From positions 192,001 to 256,000 of the forward strand of contig CAVQNT010000002.1 of assembly GCA_963714275.1 (NCBI GenBank): DNA of 64,000 nt, in the 5' to 3' direction. Positions 11,903 to 22,689 of the stretch are shown here, in pieces. The notes under the pieces are model-generated. The model saw only the letters and a program-made list of their open reading frames with translations, was not told where the DNA came from and made no database searches. Source of the stretch: Candidatus Bathyarchaeota archaeon (GTDB lineage: Archaea > Thermoproteota > Bathyarchaeia > Bathyarchaeales > DTEX01). The position numbers and the translations under genes were made by a program. The stretch's first letter is position 1, and each line of letters starts with the position of its first letter.

Positions 11903-12943
11903 ATGAAGGCTGTAAGGTTTTATGCTCCCGGAAAGATTGTGCTGGAAGACATTGACATCCCCCAGATTGGTCCAGAAGAAGTTCTCGTCAAAGTGGAAAC
12001 AGCGTTAACCTGCGGAACAGACGTAAAAATGTACAAGCGTGGTCACCCAAAGGTTAAACCACCAATAACGTTGGGACACGAATTCTCTGGCACAATCGTT
12101 GAAGCTGGAAAGAACGCTGTCAACCGCTTCAGGAAGGATGACCGAGTTGCTGTTGCCAATTCAGCGCCGTGCAACAGCTGCTTCTTCTGTAAGACTGGGA
12201 AGCCGAACCTCTGCGAACGTTTATTGGAGACCCTTATCGGATTCAGCGTTGATGGCGCCTATGCTGAATTCATACGTGTGCCAGCACCCATCGTGAAACA
12301 GAACACTTACGTGATGCCTGAGAACATTTCATTCGAGGAAGCTGCGCTGCTTGAGCCCCTAGCATGCGCGGTCAACGGAAACGACACTGCGAACATTGGA
12401 TTAGGGGACGTAGTGGTGATTCTTGGCAGTGGACCCATCGGTTTGATTCATCTCCAACTAGCCAAACTGAAGGGAGCATCAAAGGTGATTGTCACGGACA
12501 TGCAGGCTGAACGGCTTAAAATTGCAAGCAAGCTCGGAGCCGACGTAGTGATTGACGCCCAAAAAGAAGACCAACTAAGCCGTGTTAAGGAGATGACAGG
12601 CGGGTTGGGGGCGGACAAAGTCATAGAAGCAGTTGGTCTCCCACAAACTTGGGAGCTTGCCTTCCAGATGACGAGAAAGGCTGGAACAACGCTATTTTTT
12701 GGCGGCTGCCCTTCGGGCACAAAAATTTCTTTAGACACGGAAAGGATTCACTACGAGGATTTGACGCTTAAGGGCATTTTCCACCACACGCCAGCGTCTG
12801 TTTTAAAGGCTTACAGGCTCATAACAAGCGGAAGGTTCAACGGAAAACCCTTAATCACGGAAAAGATACCGCTTTCGGACTTGGAGAACGCTTTATTGAA
12901 GATGAGCAAAGGGGAATGCATCAAAACAGCCATTGTGCCCTGA
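11903..12943 (+). CDS. Zinc-dependent dehydrogenase (L-iditol/sorbitol dehydrogenase-like)
   Basis: CGTD, GHE, CNSCFFC..C, EPLAC, GSGPIG. Confidence 0.92.
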   Translation: MKAVRFYAPGKIVLEDIDIPQIGPEEVLVKVETALTCGTDVKMYKRGHPKVKPPITLGHEFSGTIVEAGKNAVNRFRKDDRVAVANSAPCNSCFFCKTGKPNLCERLLETLIGFSVDGAYAEFIRVPAPIVKQNTYVMPENISFEEAALLEPLACAVNGNDTANIGLGDVVVILGSGPIGLIHLQLAKLKGASKVIVTDMQAERLKIASKLGADVVIDAQKEDQLSRVKEMTGGLGADKVIEAVGLPQTWELAFQMTRKAGTTLFFGGCPSGTKISLDTERIHYEDLTLKGIFHHTPASVLKAYRLITSGRFNGKPLITEKIPLSDLENALLKMSKGECIKTAIVP

Positions 12944-13012
12944 AGAGAAAAGTGCAATCAATGGAAAAGCAATTAAGCAAGATCGTGGGTAAATTTGGAA
13001 AAACATGGAAGG

Positions 13013-13672
13013 ATGAGCGGAATGCCGAACGAGAAAGAAATCTTGTCGAACCTGAGAGACGCCATCGTCAATTTAGACATTGATGGAGTCAAGAAAGCAG
13101 CTGGAGAAGTGATATCTTCAGGAATTCCAGCCTACAAAGCCGTCATAGAAGGAATGGCGAAGGGCATGGAAATTGTGGGACAAAAATACGAAGACGGCGA
13201 ATACTTTCTCGCGGAGTTGATTATGGCGGGAGAAACGATGAAGGAAGGCATGACGGTTCTTGAACCTTACCTCAAAGCAGGAGACATCAAGTCCGCTGGC
13301 AAAGTCGTCATTGGCACTGCGAGAGGCGACCTACACGACATAGGCAAGAACGTTGTTGTCACCCTTCTTAAAGCCGCAAACTTCGATGTCATCGACCTTG
13401 GAGTAGACATTTCAGCAGATCAGTTCGTTGAAGCAGTGAAGAAGAATAACCCGGACATCGTCGCAATGTCAGCATTGCTGACGACCACCATGATAGAGAT
13501 GGAGAGCGTCGTAAAAGGGCTCAAGAAAGCAGGAATGCGGAACAAGGTCAAGATAATCATAGGTGGCGCGCCAATAACCCCTGAATACGCCAAGAAGATA
13601 GGGGCAGACGCAGCTGCAAAAGACGCGGTTGAAGGCGTCCGCACCTGCACACAATGGACGAAAGCGAAGTAA
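13013..13672 (+). CDS. Corrinoid (B12-binding) methyl-carrier protein, MtaC/MtbC-like
   Basis: GDLHDIGKN (DxHxxG) and SALLTTT, GGAP; N-terminal four-helix cap. Confidence 0.93.
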   Translation: MSGMPNEKEILSNLRDAIVNLDIDGVKKAAGEVISSGIPAYKAVIEGMAKGMEIVGQKYEDGEYFLAELIMAGETMKEGMTVLEPYLKAGDIKSAGKVVIGTARGDLHDIGKNVVVTLLKAANFDVIDLGVDISADQFVEAVKKNNPDIVAMSALLTTTMIEMESVVKGLKKAGMRNKVKIIIGGAPITPEYAKKIGADAAAKDAVEGVRTCTQWTKAK

Positions 13673-13769
13673 CATTTCACATTTTTGGGAATGGTTCCGC
13701 CATCCCTTATTCGTGAAATCGAAAAACGGGATTTCAAACTCAACTAATGATGCTATTCCTGTGGCTTCA

Positions 13770-14018
13770 TTAATACTCGGTGAACTCGATTCTTGTTCGA
13801 TAAAGTATTTTTCCGTCGCCGATGAGGCTGTAACGGTACCCTCCCAAAACTAAAGAGCCAGAATTCCGGATGCGGCCAGTCAAGTAAGAGTCAGTTTCAG
13901 AGGGCATCCATTCGCCTTCACCGTTTTTGGCTGGCTTCCAATGAGTCTTCAGATGAAACTCGTAATCAGTTTGACTGAAGAACTGGCAAACGCAATACCG
14001 ACATTTAATGACCTTCAC
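13770..14018 (-). CDS. Small C2H2 zinc-finger protein
   Basis: CRYCVCQFFSQTDYEFHLKTH; GTG start after GGTGGA RBS. Confidence 0.7.
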   Translation of the reverse strand: MKVIKCRYCVCQFFSQTDYEFHLKTHWKPAKNGEGEWMPSETDSYLTGRIRNSGSLVLGGYRYSLIGDGKILYRTRIEFTEY

Positions 14019-14070
14019 GCCGTCCACCTTGGTTGGACCCTTACAAATTGAACATCTTTGAGACCAATAT
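14000..14070. repeat. Copy A of a ~70 bp imperfect direct repeat (copy B at 15684-15753) with exact 17-mer ATCTTTGAGACCAATAT
   Basis: 17-mer at 14054-14070 and 15737-15753; adjacent RBS and first codons (VKVIKC vs VKAIKC) also similar. Confidence 0.85.
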
Positions 14071-14127
14071 TGCTCTTCGTTTTTAACCCTTTTTGTTATG
14101 CCCAAAAACATGGGAGGCTCAGGATTG

Positions 14128-14910
14128 TTAAGAGGCAGAGGGCTTAGTCCATTTTATTAGCACAGACGCAAAAAAGATTGTGACTCCTGCCAAAACTACC
14201 AGTGGCCCCGGATGCAAGTTTAGATAACTTGACAGTAGGACCCCTGAAAATGCACTGGCTCCACCAAAGATCGAGCTCAATATCGAATATCGGTACAAGT
14301 TTGAGCTAACGATTTTTGCTGCCGCTGCAGGGGTAACAACAAGAAAACCTACTAAGAGGGTTCCTGTGATCTTGATGCCGATGGCGACTGCCATGGATAC
14401 GAGCAGAAGATACAGAAGGTTCATTCTGGCAACTTTAACGCCTTTAGAGATCGCTAGTTCCTCCGAGATCATACCCAACACAATTCCTTTATAAATGGTC
14501 CTCGTGAGGAATATGGCTACGACTGAAACGGCTATCGCTATTATTGTGTCCATTAAGCCCACCGTGGTTATATCACCGAAAAGTGCTTCAAGCAATTCTG
14601 GTTCTGGAATAATCAATATCCCTATTGCCAGGGACAGTGTAAACACAGCGCCTACAAGCGTTTCAAAAGACAACTTCGTGATTCTACCTAACTGCCAAAT
14701 CATGACGGCTGATGTAAAGAGAAAAGCGAACGCTCCGATGAAAGGATTAAAACCATACAGTATTCCCAAAGCGATACCTGGCAAAGCCACATGCGATAAA
14801 GCGTCACCTACAAGCGCCATTTTTTCCAGCACCATGAGGGACCCAAGGTAACCAGCTGCAACTCCAACAGAAATTCCTACTGTCAGACTGAATATCAATG
14901 CTTCCGTCAT
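14128..14910 (-). CDS. znuB: Zn/Mn ABC transporter permease
   Basis: GDALSHVALPG, LFGDI, SEELA motifs; multi-pass membrane protein. Confidence 0.88.
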   Translation of the reverse strand: MTEALIFSLTVGISVGVAAGYLGSLMVLEKMALVGDALSHVALPGIALGILYGFNPFIGAFAFLFTSAVMIWQLGRITKLSFETLVGAVFTLSLAIGILIIPEPELLEALFGDITTVGLMDTIIAIAVSVVAIFLTRTIYKGIVLGMISEELAISKGVKVARMNLLYLLLVSMAVAIGIKITGTLLVGFLVVTPAAAAKIVSSNLYRYSILSSIFGGASAFSGVLLSSYLNLHPGPLVVLAGVTIFFASVLIKWTKPSAS

Positions 14911-14914
14911 TAGA

Positions 14915-15614
14915 TTAGTCACCTGTTGGGCTTGGACTGTGTTTGCATACTGTCTCACCATAAATAATCGTCTGCAAGGATGGACTTTTTATTTCCTTGG
15001 ATTCTCCAAAGAAATTCATGCATCTGTTGAGAGCCAACATATAATCCGAGTATTCTGTCACAATGTGAACGTTGTGCGATATTATTATCGTCGTAATTTC
15101 ATTTTTTATAGCGAGATCTTTCAACATCCTATAAATAGTCTTCTTCGCTGTCAAGGTCAACACCTGTCGTAGGTTCGTCGAACAATAAAACATTAGGTTT
15201 ATCGATTATGGCCCAAGCGATCAGAACCCTTCTTAGCTGGCCTCCTGATAGGACACCAAGTTTCTTTTCCATTATATTTTTACTGTCTAGCCCAACTGAA
15301 TTAAGAGAGTTCTCCACGTTCGAGGCATCCTTAAATGACAAAAACTCCTTAACAGAGATCGGTATGTCGCCTGCAGAAAGATTCTGAGGTACATAACCTT
15401 TCTTGATTTTGTCACGCCACTCGATTTTACCACTGTACGGAACAAGATTCAATAATGCCCTGAACAATATCGTCTTGCCTGCGCCGTTCGGACCCACTAT
15501 CGCTAAAGTTGAGCCTTTCTTAACTTTGAAACTTATGTCATCCAGGATTAACTGATCCTGAATCGTTACACTAAGGTTTGAAACCCTCAAAATATAATCA
15601 TCAGGGCTTTCCAT
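14915..15614 (-). CDS. znuC: Zn/Mn ABC transporter ATPase (one frameshift)
   Basis: GPNGAGKT, YVPQ, LSGGQ, DEPT, ISH. Confidence 0.88.
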
Positions 15615-15683
15615 GATAAATGAACTTCTAAAAAAATATTTAAACCCTTCTGCAATATAAAAGCCGATTACACTTGATTTCTT

Positions 15684-15753
15684 GACATTTAATAGCCTTC
15701 ACGCTGTCCCCCCTAAATATACACTTAAAAGTTAAAATCTTTGAGACCAATAT
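15684..15753. repeat. Copy B of the ~70 bp imperfect direct repeat
   Basis: See copy A at 14000-14070. Confidence 0.85.
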
Positions 15754-15809
15754 CACTAATTATTTTTTTACTTCATAATATAAAACCAAAAATTTAAAAT
15801 TATGTTATG

Positions 15810-15937
15810 CGGGCCCGCTGGGATTTGAACCCAGGATCTCCGGCTTTCCCTTAGCTTTTTGGGCTTTAGAGGGCCAGCGCGCTGTCCTGGCTGCGCTTCC
15901 CGAACGAGGCCTTGTTTAGGCGCCATTTCACGGGCCC
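15810..15937 (-). tRNA. tRNA-Arg(TCT) with two introns: 32 nt at 9/10 (15928-15897) and ~21 nt at 37/38 (15866-15846)
   Basis: Removing both inserts gives a cloverleaf: acceptor GGGCCCG/CGGGCCC, D-stem GCGC/GCGC, anticodon stem CTGGC/GCCGG, T-arm CTGGG-TTCAAAT-CCCAG, G73. Position 33 reads C instead of U, so the anticodon call is less certain. Confidence 0.85.
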
Positions 15938-16156
15938 TTTTCTTATCCCAGCTGGGCTGTCTAAATTTGGTGTTCTCCGTGATTTAAATTTGATGCTGAG
16001 GGTTCAGAATTTAGTGCCTTTACTTTTGTCGTCGATGGTTTCGTAACGAAGCCTTGTCAATCACAGTCATTATTGGCTATTTTAAGTTGACCAGTTAGAC
16101 TTAAATCGACCTACAGCGTTTCTGTCTTTCACATCAATTCAAAAAGGAGCATAAAT

Positions 16157-17821
16157 TTGAAGAAATATTTAGCCAGCTTCGTGGGTGGACTTGCCATCCT
16201 TTGCGTTATGGGCTGGTCAATCATGACTATGTCACTTAACCCTGAGGCTGCGAATTTGCCCTTATACACATTTAGTACAATTTCTCGAATAGTTATTACG
16301 CTGGTTATTTCTGTTGTTTGGGGAGTCTTCTTCGGCATACTTGCTGCGACAAATAAGGTTGCCTCAATGGTCCTGACTCCGTTTATAGACCTTCTGCAAT
16401 CCATTCCCATACTCGGGTATTTTCCCATGGTCATAGGGTTTCTATTTATGTTGGGTCCTTGGGGAATCGAGTTATCGGTCATCATACTGCTTTTCACGTC
16501 AATGGCTTGGGCCATTTTCTTTGGCGTGTTAGGTGCAGTCAGAAGCATACCAACAAACGTTGTTGAATCAGCCCAAAGCTTCGGCTTGAGCGGTTGGCGG
16601 TACATAAGACACATAGTTCTCCCCGCAATTGCGCCTACGGTGGTTGCAGGTGCAAACCTTGCATGGTGCGATGGCTGGTTCTTCATGATTGCTGCTGAAT
16701 ACATTCAGTACCAAGGAAAAGTGGTGCCGCCACCTTCAGGCGGATTGGGTTACCTACTTGCCAGAGCTTCATATTTTTATGAAGACATGCCTTTTGCGAT
16801 AATGCTGTTGGTCTTCATCACCTTCATCGTAGTGTACTTCAACATGCTGACCTGGCACAAGCTTATGGAGAGAGCAAGCACTGGTACTTTCAAACCCATT
16901 ATCAGAATGGACCTTTCAGGAGTGGGAAAAATTGGGGTCGCAAGATCAGTTCATTGGTTCCACTTTGGAAGTATACATTGGCCAAAAACATTTTCCATAA
17001 TATCACAAAGCCTACGAAAATATTCTCGGATTGAAAAGGTAACTGCGGCAATTTTGGCTCTTGTGGCAGTGTTTATTGCATTGTACCTACAGAGTGAGCA
17101 CCTGCCTACATTGGCCATGATACAGCAGGGCTTTAGTAGTCCGCCTGCTGATGAGCTTTCCCGCCTGCCTTCCCTGATTTTTTTGACAATGAGCCGTTTA
17201 ACAATAGCATACATAATCTCTCTTGTGGTCGCAATAGGCTTGGGAGTTTTAGCGGCTGAGCATAAACGTTTGTCGGCAATCATTTATCCAATCTATGACA
17301 TCGGGCAAGGGGTGCCGATTCTTGCTTTGTTCCCCGTGATGTTCCTTGGACTAAACAAAGTTTTCGGTACGCCTGAAATTGCCCTTGAGTTAACCTGCAT
17401 AACGATGCTCGTTCTGGACATGATTTGGTACATGTTCCTTAACGTTGTCAGCGCAACAAAGAACATCCCCACGGAGATAAAAGAAATGGCGGAACTTTTC
17501 GGGTTTAAGGGCTTCAAAAGAGTTACCCACATAGTAATCCCCTTCATCCTGCCTTCGATAGTTACTGGAAGCATACTTTCGTGGGGAACAGGCTGGAACA
17601 CCATAATATTCGCTGAATACATGCCTTCCACGGACCCGTCTGTTCCGCCTCTTTCAGTCCCGGGCATTGGTTCGCTGCTTGACAAGGCTGGATACCAATA
17701 CGGAAACACCGTCTTACTTGTTTTCATTTTGGGTATAATCGCAACCATCGTTCTGTTTATGGAAGGATTCATTTGGCGACGACTACTTAGGAAGTTTGAA
17801 AAATATCACATAGAGGTATAA
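16157..17821 (+). CDS. NitT/TauT-family ABC transporter permease (duplicated BPD_transp_1)
   Basis: DLLQSIPILG and DIGQGVPIL repeats; EAA-like loops; many TM helices. Confidence 0.85.
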   Translation: MKKYLASFVGGLAILCVMGWSIMTMSLNPEAANLPLYTFSTISRIVITLVISVVWGVFFGILAATNKVASMVLTPFIDLLQSIPILGYFPMVIGFLFMLGPWGIELSVIILLFTSMAWAIFFGVLGAVRSIPTNVVESAQSFGLSGWRYIRHIVLPAIAPTVVAGANLAWCDGWFFMIAAEYIQYQGKVVPPPSGGLGYLLARASYFYEDMPFAIMLLVFITFIVVYFNMLTWHKLMERASTGTFKPIIRMDLSGVGKIGVARSVHWFHFGSIHWPKTFSIISQSLRKYSRIEKVTAAILALVAVFIALYLQSEHLPTLAMIQQGFSSPPADELSRLPSLIFLTMSRLTIAYIISLVVAIGLGVLAAEHKRLSAIIYPIYDIGQGVPILALFPVMFLGLNKVFGTPEIALELTCITMLVLDMIWYMFLNVVSATKNIPTEIKEMAELFGFKGFKRVTHIVIPFILPSIVTGSILSWGTGWNTIIFAEYMPSTDPSVPPLSVPGIGSLLDKAGYQYGNTVLLVFILGIIATIVLFMEGFIWRRLLRKFEKYHIEV

Positions 17822-17824
17822 AAA

Positions 17825-18599
17825 ATGACAATACTTGTGGTGGAAAACATCAAGAAAACATTCACAAATGGCAAATCCGAAATCCTAGTCTTGGACAACG
17901 TTAGTTTTTCAATCGATGACAACGAATTCGTGTGTCTAGTTGGACCTTCAGGTTGCGGAAAATCTACCCTCCTGAGGATAATATCTGGCTTGGAAAAAAC
18001 ATATTCGGGTAGAATACTTTTTCACGATCAGCCTGTCACCCATCCGATTCCACAGATCTCCATGGTCTTTCAACTGTTCGGGTTGCTGCCGTGGAAGACA
18101 GCGTTAGAGAACATTGAATTGCCAATGGAAGTACTCGGTATAAAAAAGGAAGACCGGGCTCGCACCGCTCAGGAATACCTTAAAATGGTTCAGTTAGAAG
18201 GATTCGAAAACACGTACCCGCATGACCTTTCAGGCGGAATGAAGCAACGAGTTGGGTTGGCGAGGGCGCTTGCCTTACATCCAGAGATTCTGCTCATGGA
18301 TGAGCCTTTCTCTTCGCTTGACGAACTGACTGCGAAAACGCTTCGTGAGTTATTTCTCTACCTCTGGCGTGATCCTTCTGCTCCGCCAAACAGCATGATC
18401 ATGGTTAGTCACAACGTTGAAGAAGCTTGTGTATATGGCGGATAGAGTGCTGGTTATGTCGTCGCGTCCAGGAAAACTCGTTGGAGAAGTAAAAATCGAC
18501 ATTCCAAGACCTCGCCAAGAACATGTGAGAGAAACCATATACTTCGAACATGTTGATAAAGTCGTTGAGATGCTAGAGAAAGGCAAAAAACAAACTTAG
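17825..18599 (+). CDS. NitT/TauT-family ABC ATPase (frameshift near C-terminus)
   Basis: GPSGCGKST, LSGGMKQR, MDEPFSSLD, SHNVEEA. Confidence 0.9.
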
Positions 18600-18636
18600 A
18601 GCATGAAGCCCATCAATCGCACAATATGAAATCAGT

Positions 18637-19869
18637 CTAATGAACCTTCTTTCTAAGAAACAAGGTTAAAACCATGCCTAACAAAGCCAAGACAATCGAA
18701 ATGTAGAAGGCTGGAAGATAGGATCCTTGATACGTTCTGAAGTAGTCTGCCATAATCGGTCCTAGAACACTACCGGCGCCATAAGCGGTGAAGACGACGC
18801 CATAGTTGACTCCCAAGTTTTTGCTTCCGTAATAGTCTGAAGTCAAAGCTGGATACGAAGCTAGAAATCCGCCGAAGCATAGACCTTCAAGGCAGAATCC
18901 AACAAGGAAGACGGTTGGCTCGGACACTGTGCTGATGATGAAAAGAGCGACAGCACATGCCAGAAACCCTATTGACAAAGCTTTTTCTCTTCCGATTCTG
19001 TCTCCGATGAGTCCCCACAAGATTCTACCTGTGGCATTGAATGCTCCCAGTATTGAGACTGCGAAAGCAGCCTGCAAACTGTCCATTTTCGCTATTTCCA
19101 TCGCAACCTGTTTGGCTTGACCAATTGTCATCAACCCAGCGGTGGTGCCGAACCAGTAGCTTACCCACATAAGAATAAACGGCAGGGTTTTAATCATGGC
19201 TGTTGGTTCAAATTCTGTCTTGGTTACTTTGCTTTTCTCTGGTGGGTTCCAACCTGCTGGCTTATAGTCTTTAGGCGGATTTTTCATAATCTGGGCTGAG
19301 GTTACGGTTAATGCCATGAAAAGTAAGCCTGAAACGAGGAAGTTGAATTGCCACGAATAATTATTTATAAGAAAGGTCCATAATGGGGCGAACAAGATGG
19401 CTCCTCCGCCGAATCCGAACACAACTAACCCTGTGATAAGCCCTTTTTTATCGGGGAACCATTTATTGCATGTTGCGATTGGAGCACCGTATGCGAATCC
19501 GATACCGAGTCCGAGGAGAACCCCATAGCTCACATACAGCCACAGCAGAGAGTTCGTGTAGCTGGACAGCATCATTCCCAGTCCGATTAGGATGCCTCCG
19601 ATGGTTACTACGGTTCTTGGTCCCTTTCGGTCTTGCAGTCTTCCCGCTGGTATCATGGAAAGAGCGAACGTGAGCAGGGCGATTGTGAAGGCAGGCGAGG
19701 TTTCGATTCTTGTCCAATGAAATTCCGCTTCAAGGGGCGGAACGAGGATGCTGAAGGCGTAAACAGCGCCTAAACATAGGTTGATCACAACTGCAGCAAC
19801 GACATATTTCCATCTTGCCGGTCCATCATGGTTTGTTTTTATGTTTGCGCTAGCCAAGTTACCCACCAC
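18637..19869 (-). CDS. MFS transporter, oxalate/formate antiporter (OFA) family
   Basis: GRLQDRKGPR, KWFPDKKGL..G..VFGFGGG, GRILWG..DRIGR. Confidence 0.88.
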   Translation of the reverse strand: MVGNLASANIKTNHDGPARWKYVVAAVVINLCLGAVYAFSILVPPLEAEFHWTRIETSPAFTIALLTFALSMIPAGRLQDRKGPRTVVTIGGILIGLGMMLSSYTNSLLWLYVSYGVLLGLGIGFAYGAPIATCNKWFPDKKGLITGLVVFGFGGGAILFAPLWTFLINNYSWQFNFLVSGLLFMALTVTSAQIMKNPPKDYKPAGWNPPEKSKVTKTEFEPTAMIKTLPFILMWVSYWFGTTAGLMTIGQAKQVAMEIAKMDSLQAAFAVSILGAFNATGRILWGLIGDRIGREKALSIGFLACAVALFIISTVSEPTVFLVGFCLEGLCFGGFLASYPALTSDYYGSKNLGVNYGVVFTAYGAGSVLGPIMADYFRTYQGSYLPAFYISIVLALLGMVLTLFLRKKVH

Positions 19870-19914
19870 ATAAACTACAGAGTTTCTTTCAAGATGAGGT
19901 TTTCCCTATAAAGG

Positions 19915-20615
19915 TTAGCTCATGTTTAACGCACCGAATAAGTCTTTGAGATAGTCAAGTGCTTCGTTAATGTCGCTGAACCTTTTAGCTCCGTGATGAG
20001 CGACGGGATTGTTGCCTACGATTATTGATTGACCCGCGTTTCTGAACAACAGCACATCGTTGCTTGAGTCTCCGACAGCCACGACTTCGCCCTTTGACAT
20101 TCCCAGAATCCTCAATACTTCTAGAAGTCCCTTTCCTTTATCGATTTTAGCAGGCAAAACATCAACGGCGTCCTCATGAACGACGACCGCCAGTTCGTCC
20201 TTGAAAGGTTCCGCGGCTTTATGTACGAATGAAGCGACGCTCGGAATCTTTCTGTGGTCTTTCGGAACAATTGTTAACTGCACTTCGTTAGGGTGCAACC
20301 AAACAGATTCGCTGAACTGCTCTAGGGCTTCGTTTTTGATTATCGTCATTTCTTTGGTCATTTCAACCATCTTTTTCAGCTCAGCTTTCTCGACGTCAAA
20401 AACTAGGCAGCCACTCTCTGCGATTACGAAAACAGGTTTTACGCCGATGCCTCGCGCGAATCCTAAAAGGTAAGAAACGTTTTTCCCAGAAGCAAGTACA
20501 ATTTTGGCTCCAAGTTTTTCTAGGTCTCTTAGTTTCCGCGAAACATCCAGCTTCGCTGGTCGGTGGATTTCAGTAAGGTTCCATCCACATCGAACACGGC
20601 AAGCTTGAAACTCAT
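19915..20615 (-). CDS. HAD-IIB hydrolase (phosphoglycolate/sugar phosphatase-like; frameshift near N-terminus)
   Basis: MSFKLAVFDVDGTL from ATG 20615; ASGK, DKG, GDSSND. Confidence 0.85.
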
Positions 20616-20790
20616 GTTTCCAAACCTCATTAATGGTTAGCAGAGTGCGAAGCTTAAGTATTAAACATAATATACGGATATATCTCGGAACCCGAATGTT
20701 TCGGATGGAAATATAGATTGTTAGGTATAGGCTCATAAGTCAGCACATGAAGTCTATTTTGCGCACAAAGGACCTCTTTGGCGAAGAACG

Positions 20791-21585
20791 ATGCGAGAGC
20801 CGATTCAGATTGTACCTTTGGAAGACATGGATGAACGACTGTTCCTAAATTACTTAAATAAAGACAGGATTCGGCACATCTTCACGCTTTGTGACCTCAA
20901 GAACATACGCGAAAAAACAAGGGTCTGGGTCGCCCTCAGAAACACCGAAGTCACGGGTTACATTTTTGAGTACGACAATAGAATCGTCCATACACATGGA
21001 GACCCAAAAAACGTACCAGAACTCTTAAGCAAGATCGATCTGGATGAACCTGTCCTCGTTGTGCAGCCTAACCACGTAAGGGCGGTCAAAAAAGTTTTCG
21101 ACCCCGTTGAACGCATGGACCCCCTAAGTAAAGGCAAGACTACAACGTTTCTTGTCATGAAAACGGGTTCAGACACCTTTACACCTACAATTAAACATGC
21201 AGTAAAGAAGCTTGAAACCGAAGACCTTAACGAGACTTCGAAGAGCTTAAGCGAAGAGCTAAAAAATTTAGTCCAGAACGCGATAAACAGAGGGTTTGCT
21301 TATGGTGGATACGAAAACGGATTGTTGGTTTCATGCGCAACCATTTCAGAGTATCTCGAAGATGTGGCGCTTATCAGAGGCGTGTTCACTGTTCCCTCAA
21401 TGAGAGGTCAGGGGTTATCGACATCCGTATGTTCGGCTTTGGTCGAAGAATCAATAAAATTAGGCAAGACGCCGATGCTTTGGGTTTCAAAAGACAACCT
21501 TCCAGCGCTGAAGCTTTACGAAAAATTGGGATTCAAACAAACAGGCATCGTGCTAAAATGCTTCAAGGCTAAGAGAAAAGGATAA
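20791..21585 (+). CDS. GNAT family acetyltransferase
   Basis: VFTVPSMRGQGLS and N.PA.KLYEKLGF. Confidence 0.88.
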   Translation: MREPIQIVPLEDMDERLFLNYLNKDRIRHIFTLCDLKNIREKTRVWVALRNTEVTGYIFEYDNRIVHTHGDPKNVPELLSKIDLDEPVLVVQPNHVRAVKKVFDPVERMDPLSKGKTTTFLVMKTGSDTFTPTIKHAVKKLETEDLNETSKSLSEELKNLVQNAINRGFAYGGYENGLLVSCATISEYLEDVALIRGVFTVPSMRGQGLSTSVCSALVEESIKLGKTPMLWVSKDNLPALKLYEKLGFKQTGIVLKCFKAKRKG

Positions 21586-21664
21586 CCATAAAAACAATAA
21601 AAGCCCGTTCTCAGATAGAAATTGCCAACATAAACTTCGTTCAAGACGAGAGGTTGTGAGCCTA

Positions 21665-22615
21665 ATGGAGTTAGATGGGACCCCATAATGAGCCAATGGG
21701 TCATCGTTTCAGGCAAAAGGGGAAAACGTCCACTGCTGCCGGAGGGTTACTGCCCTTTTTGTCCTGGGTCAAAGGAAGTTCCCGAGAAGGGCTGGAAGGT
21801 TCTGAGCTTGCCGAACGCGTTTCCGGCTTTACGGTCTGATCCTCCTCCGCCTGACGTTGAGGGTGACAGGTTGTACCGTTCTCTGTCATCTAAGGGTGTA
21901 TGCGAGGTTCTCATCTACACGCCTAAGCATGATGCCTCCTTGGCTGACTTGACCGTGGAGAACATACGGGCTGTTGTTGACTTGTGGACTCAACGGTTCG
22001 AGGAGTCGGCAGCAGAGATTACGTGAAGTACGTTTTCATCTTCGAAAACAAGGGCAGGATAATCGGGGTTACGCTTGACCATCCGCACGGGCAGCTTACG
22101 CTTTCCCGTTCGTCCCGTCCGTCATCCAGAAGGAGCTGACTTCGAGCCGAAAGTACTGGAAAAGGACTGGAAACTGCCTTTTCTGCACGATTATAGAAAA
22201 AGAGCTCAGGGAAGCTGTCCGCATCGTTTGCGAGAACGATGATTTCGTTTGTTTCCTGCCATTCTTCGCCCATTGGCCCTACGGCGTTCACATGTACCCG
22301 AAAAGGCACGTTGCAGCCTTGACTGACTTGACGGACAAAGAGAAAACGGCGTTTGCTTCAATCTTGAAGACTGTTCTCAGAAAGTTCGAGAACCTGTTTA
22401 ACACGAGTTTCCCTTACATGATGGTTCTGCATCAGAGACCCACGGACGGGAAACATTACCCGCACTACCATTTCCACGTGGAGTTCTATCCGCCGTACCG
22501 AGAAAAAGACAAGATAAAATATTTCGCAAGCGTGGAAAGCGGAGCTGGAACAATAACCTTCGACTATGCGCCGGAGATGAAGGCTGAGGAGCTGCGGAAT
22601 GCTCCTGCGACCTGA
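21665..22615 (+). CDS. galT: Galactose-1-phosphate uridylyltransferase (frameshifted)
   Basis: CPFCPG, NAFP, FENKG..IGVTLDHPHGQ (HPH nucleophile), FPYMM, HFH. Confidence 0.9.
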
Positions 22616-22689
22616 AGAATTTTAAAAATCTTTTAAATATTAATAATAAGTCGTCAACGCCTTAATGGTGGCGAAGGAGACTGCGTTTC

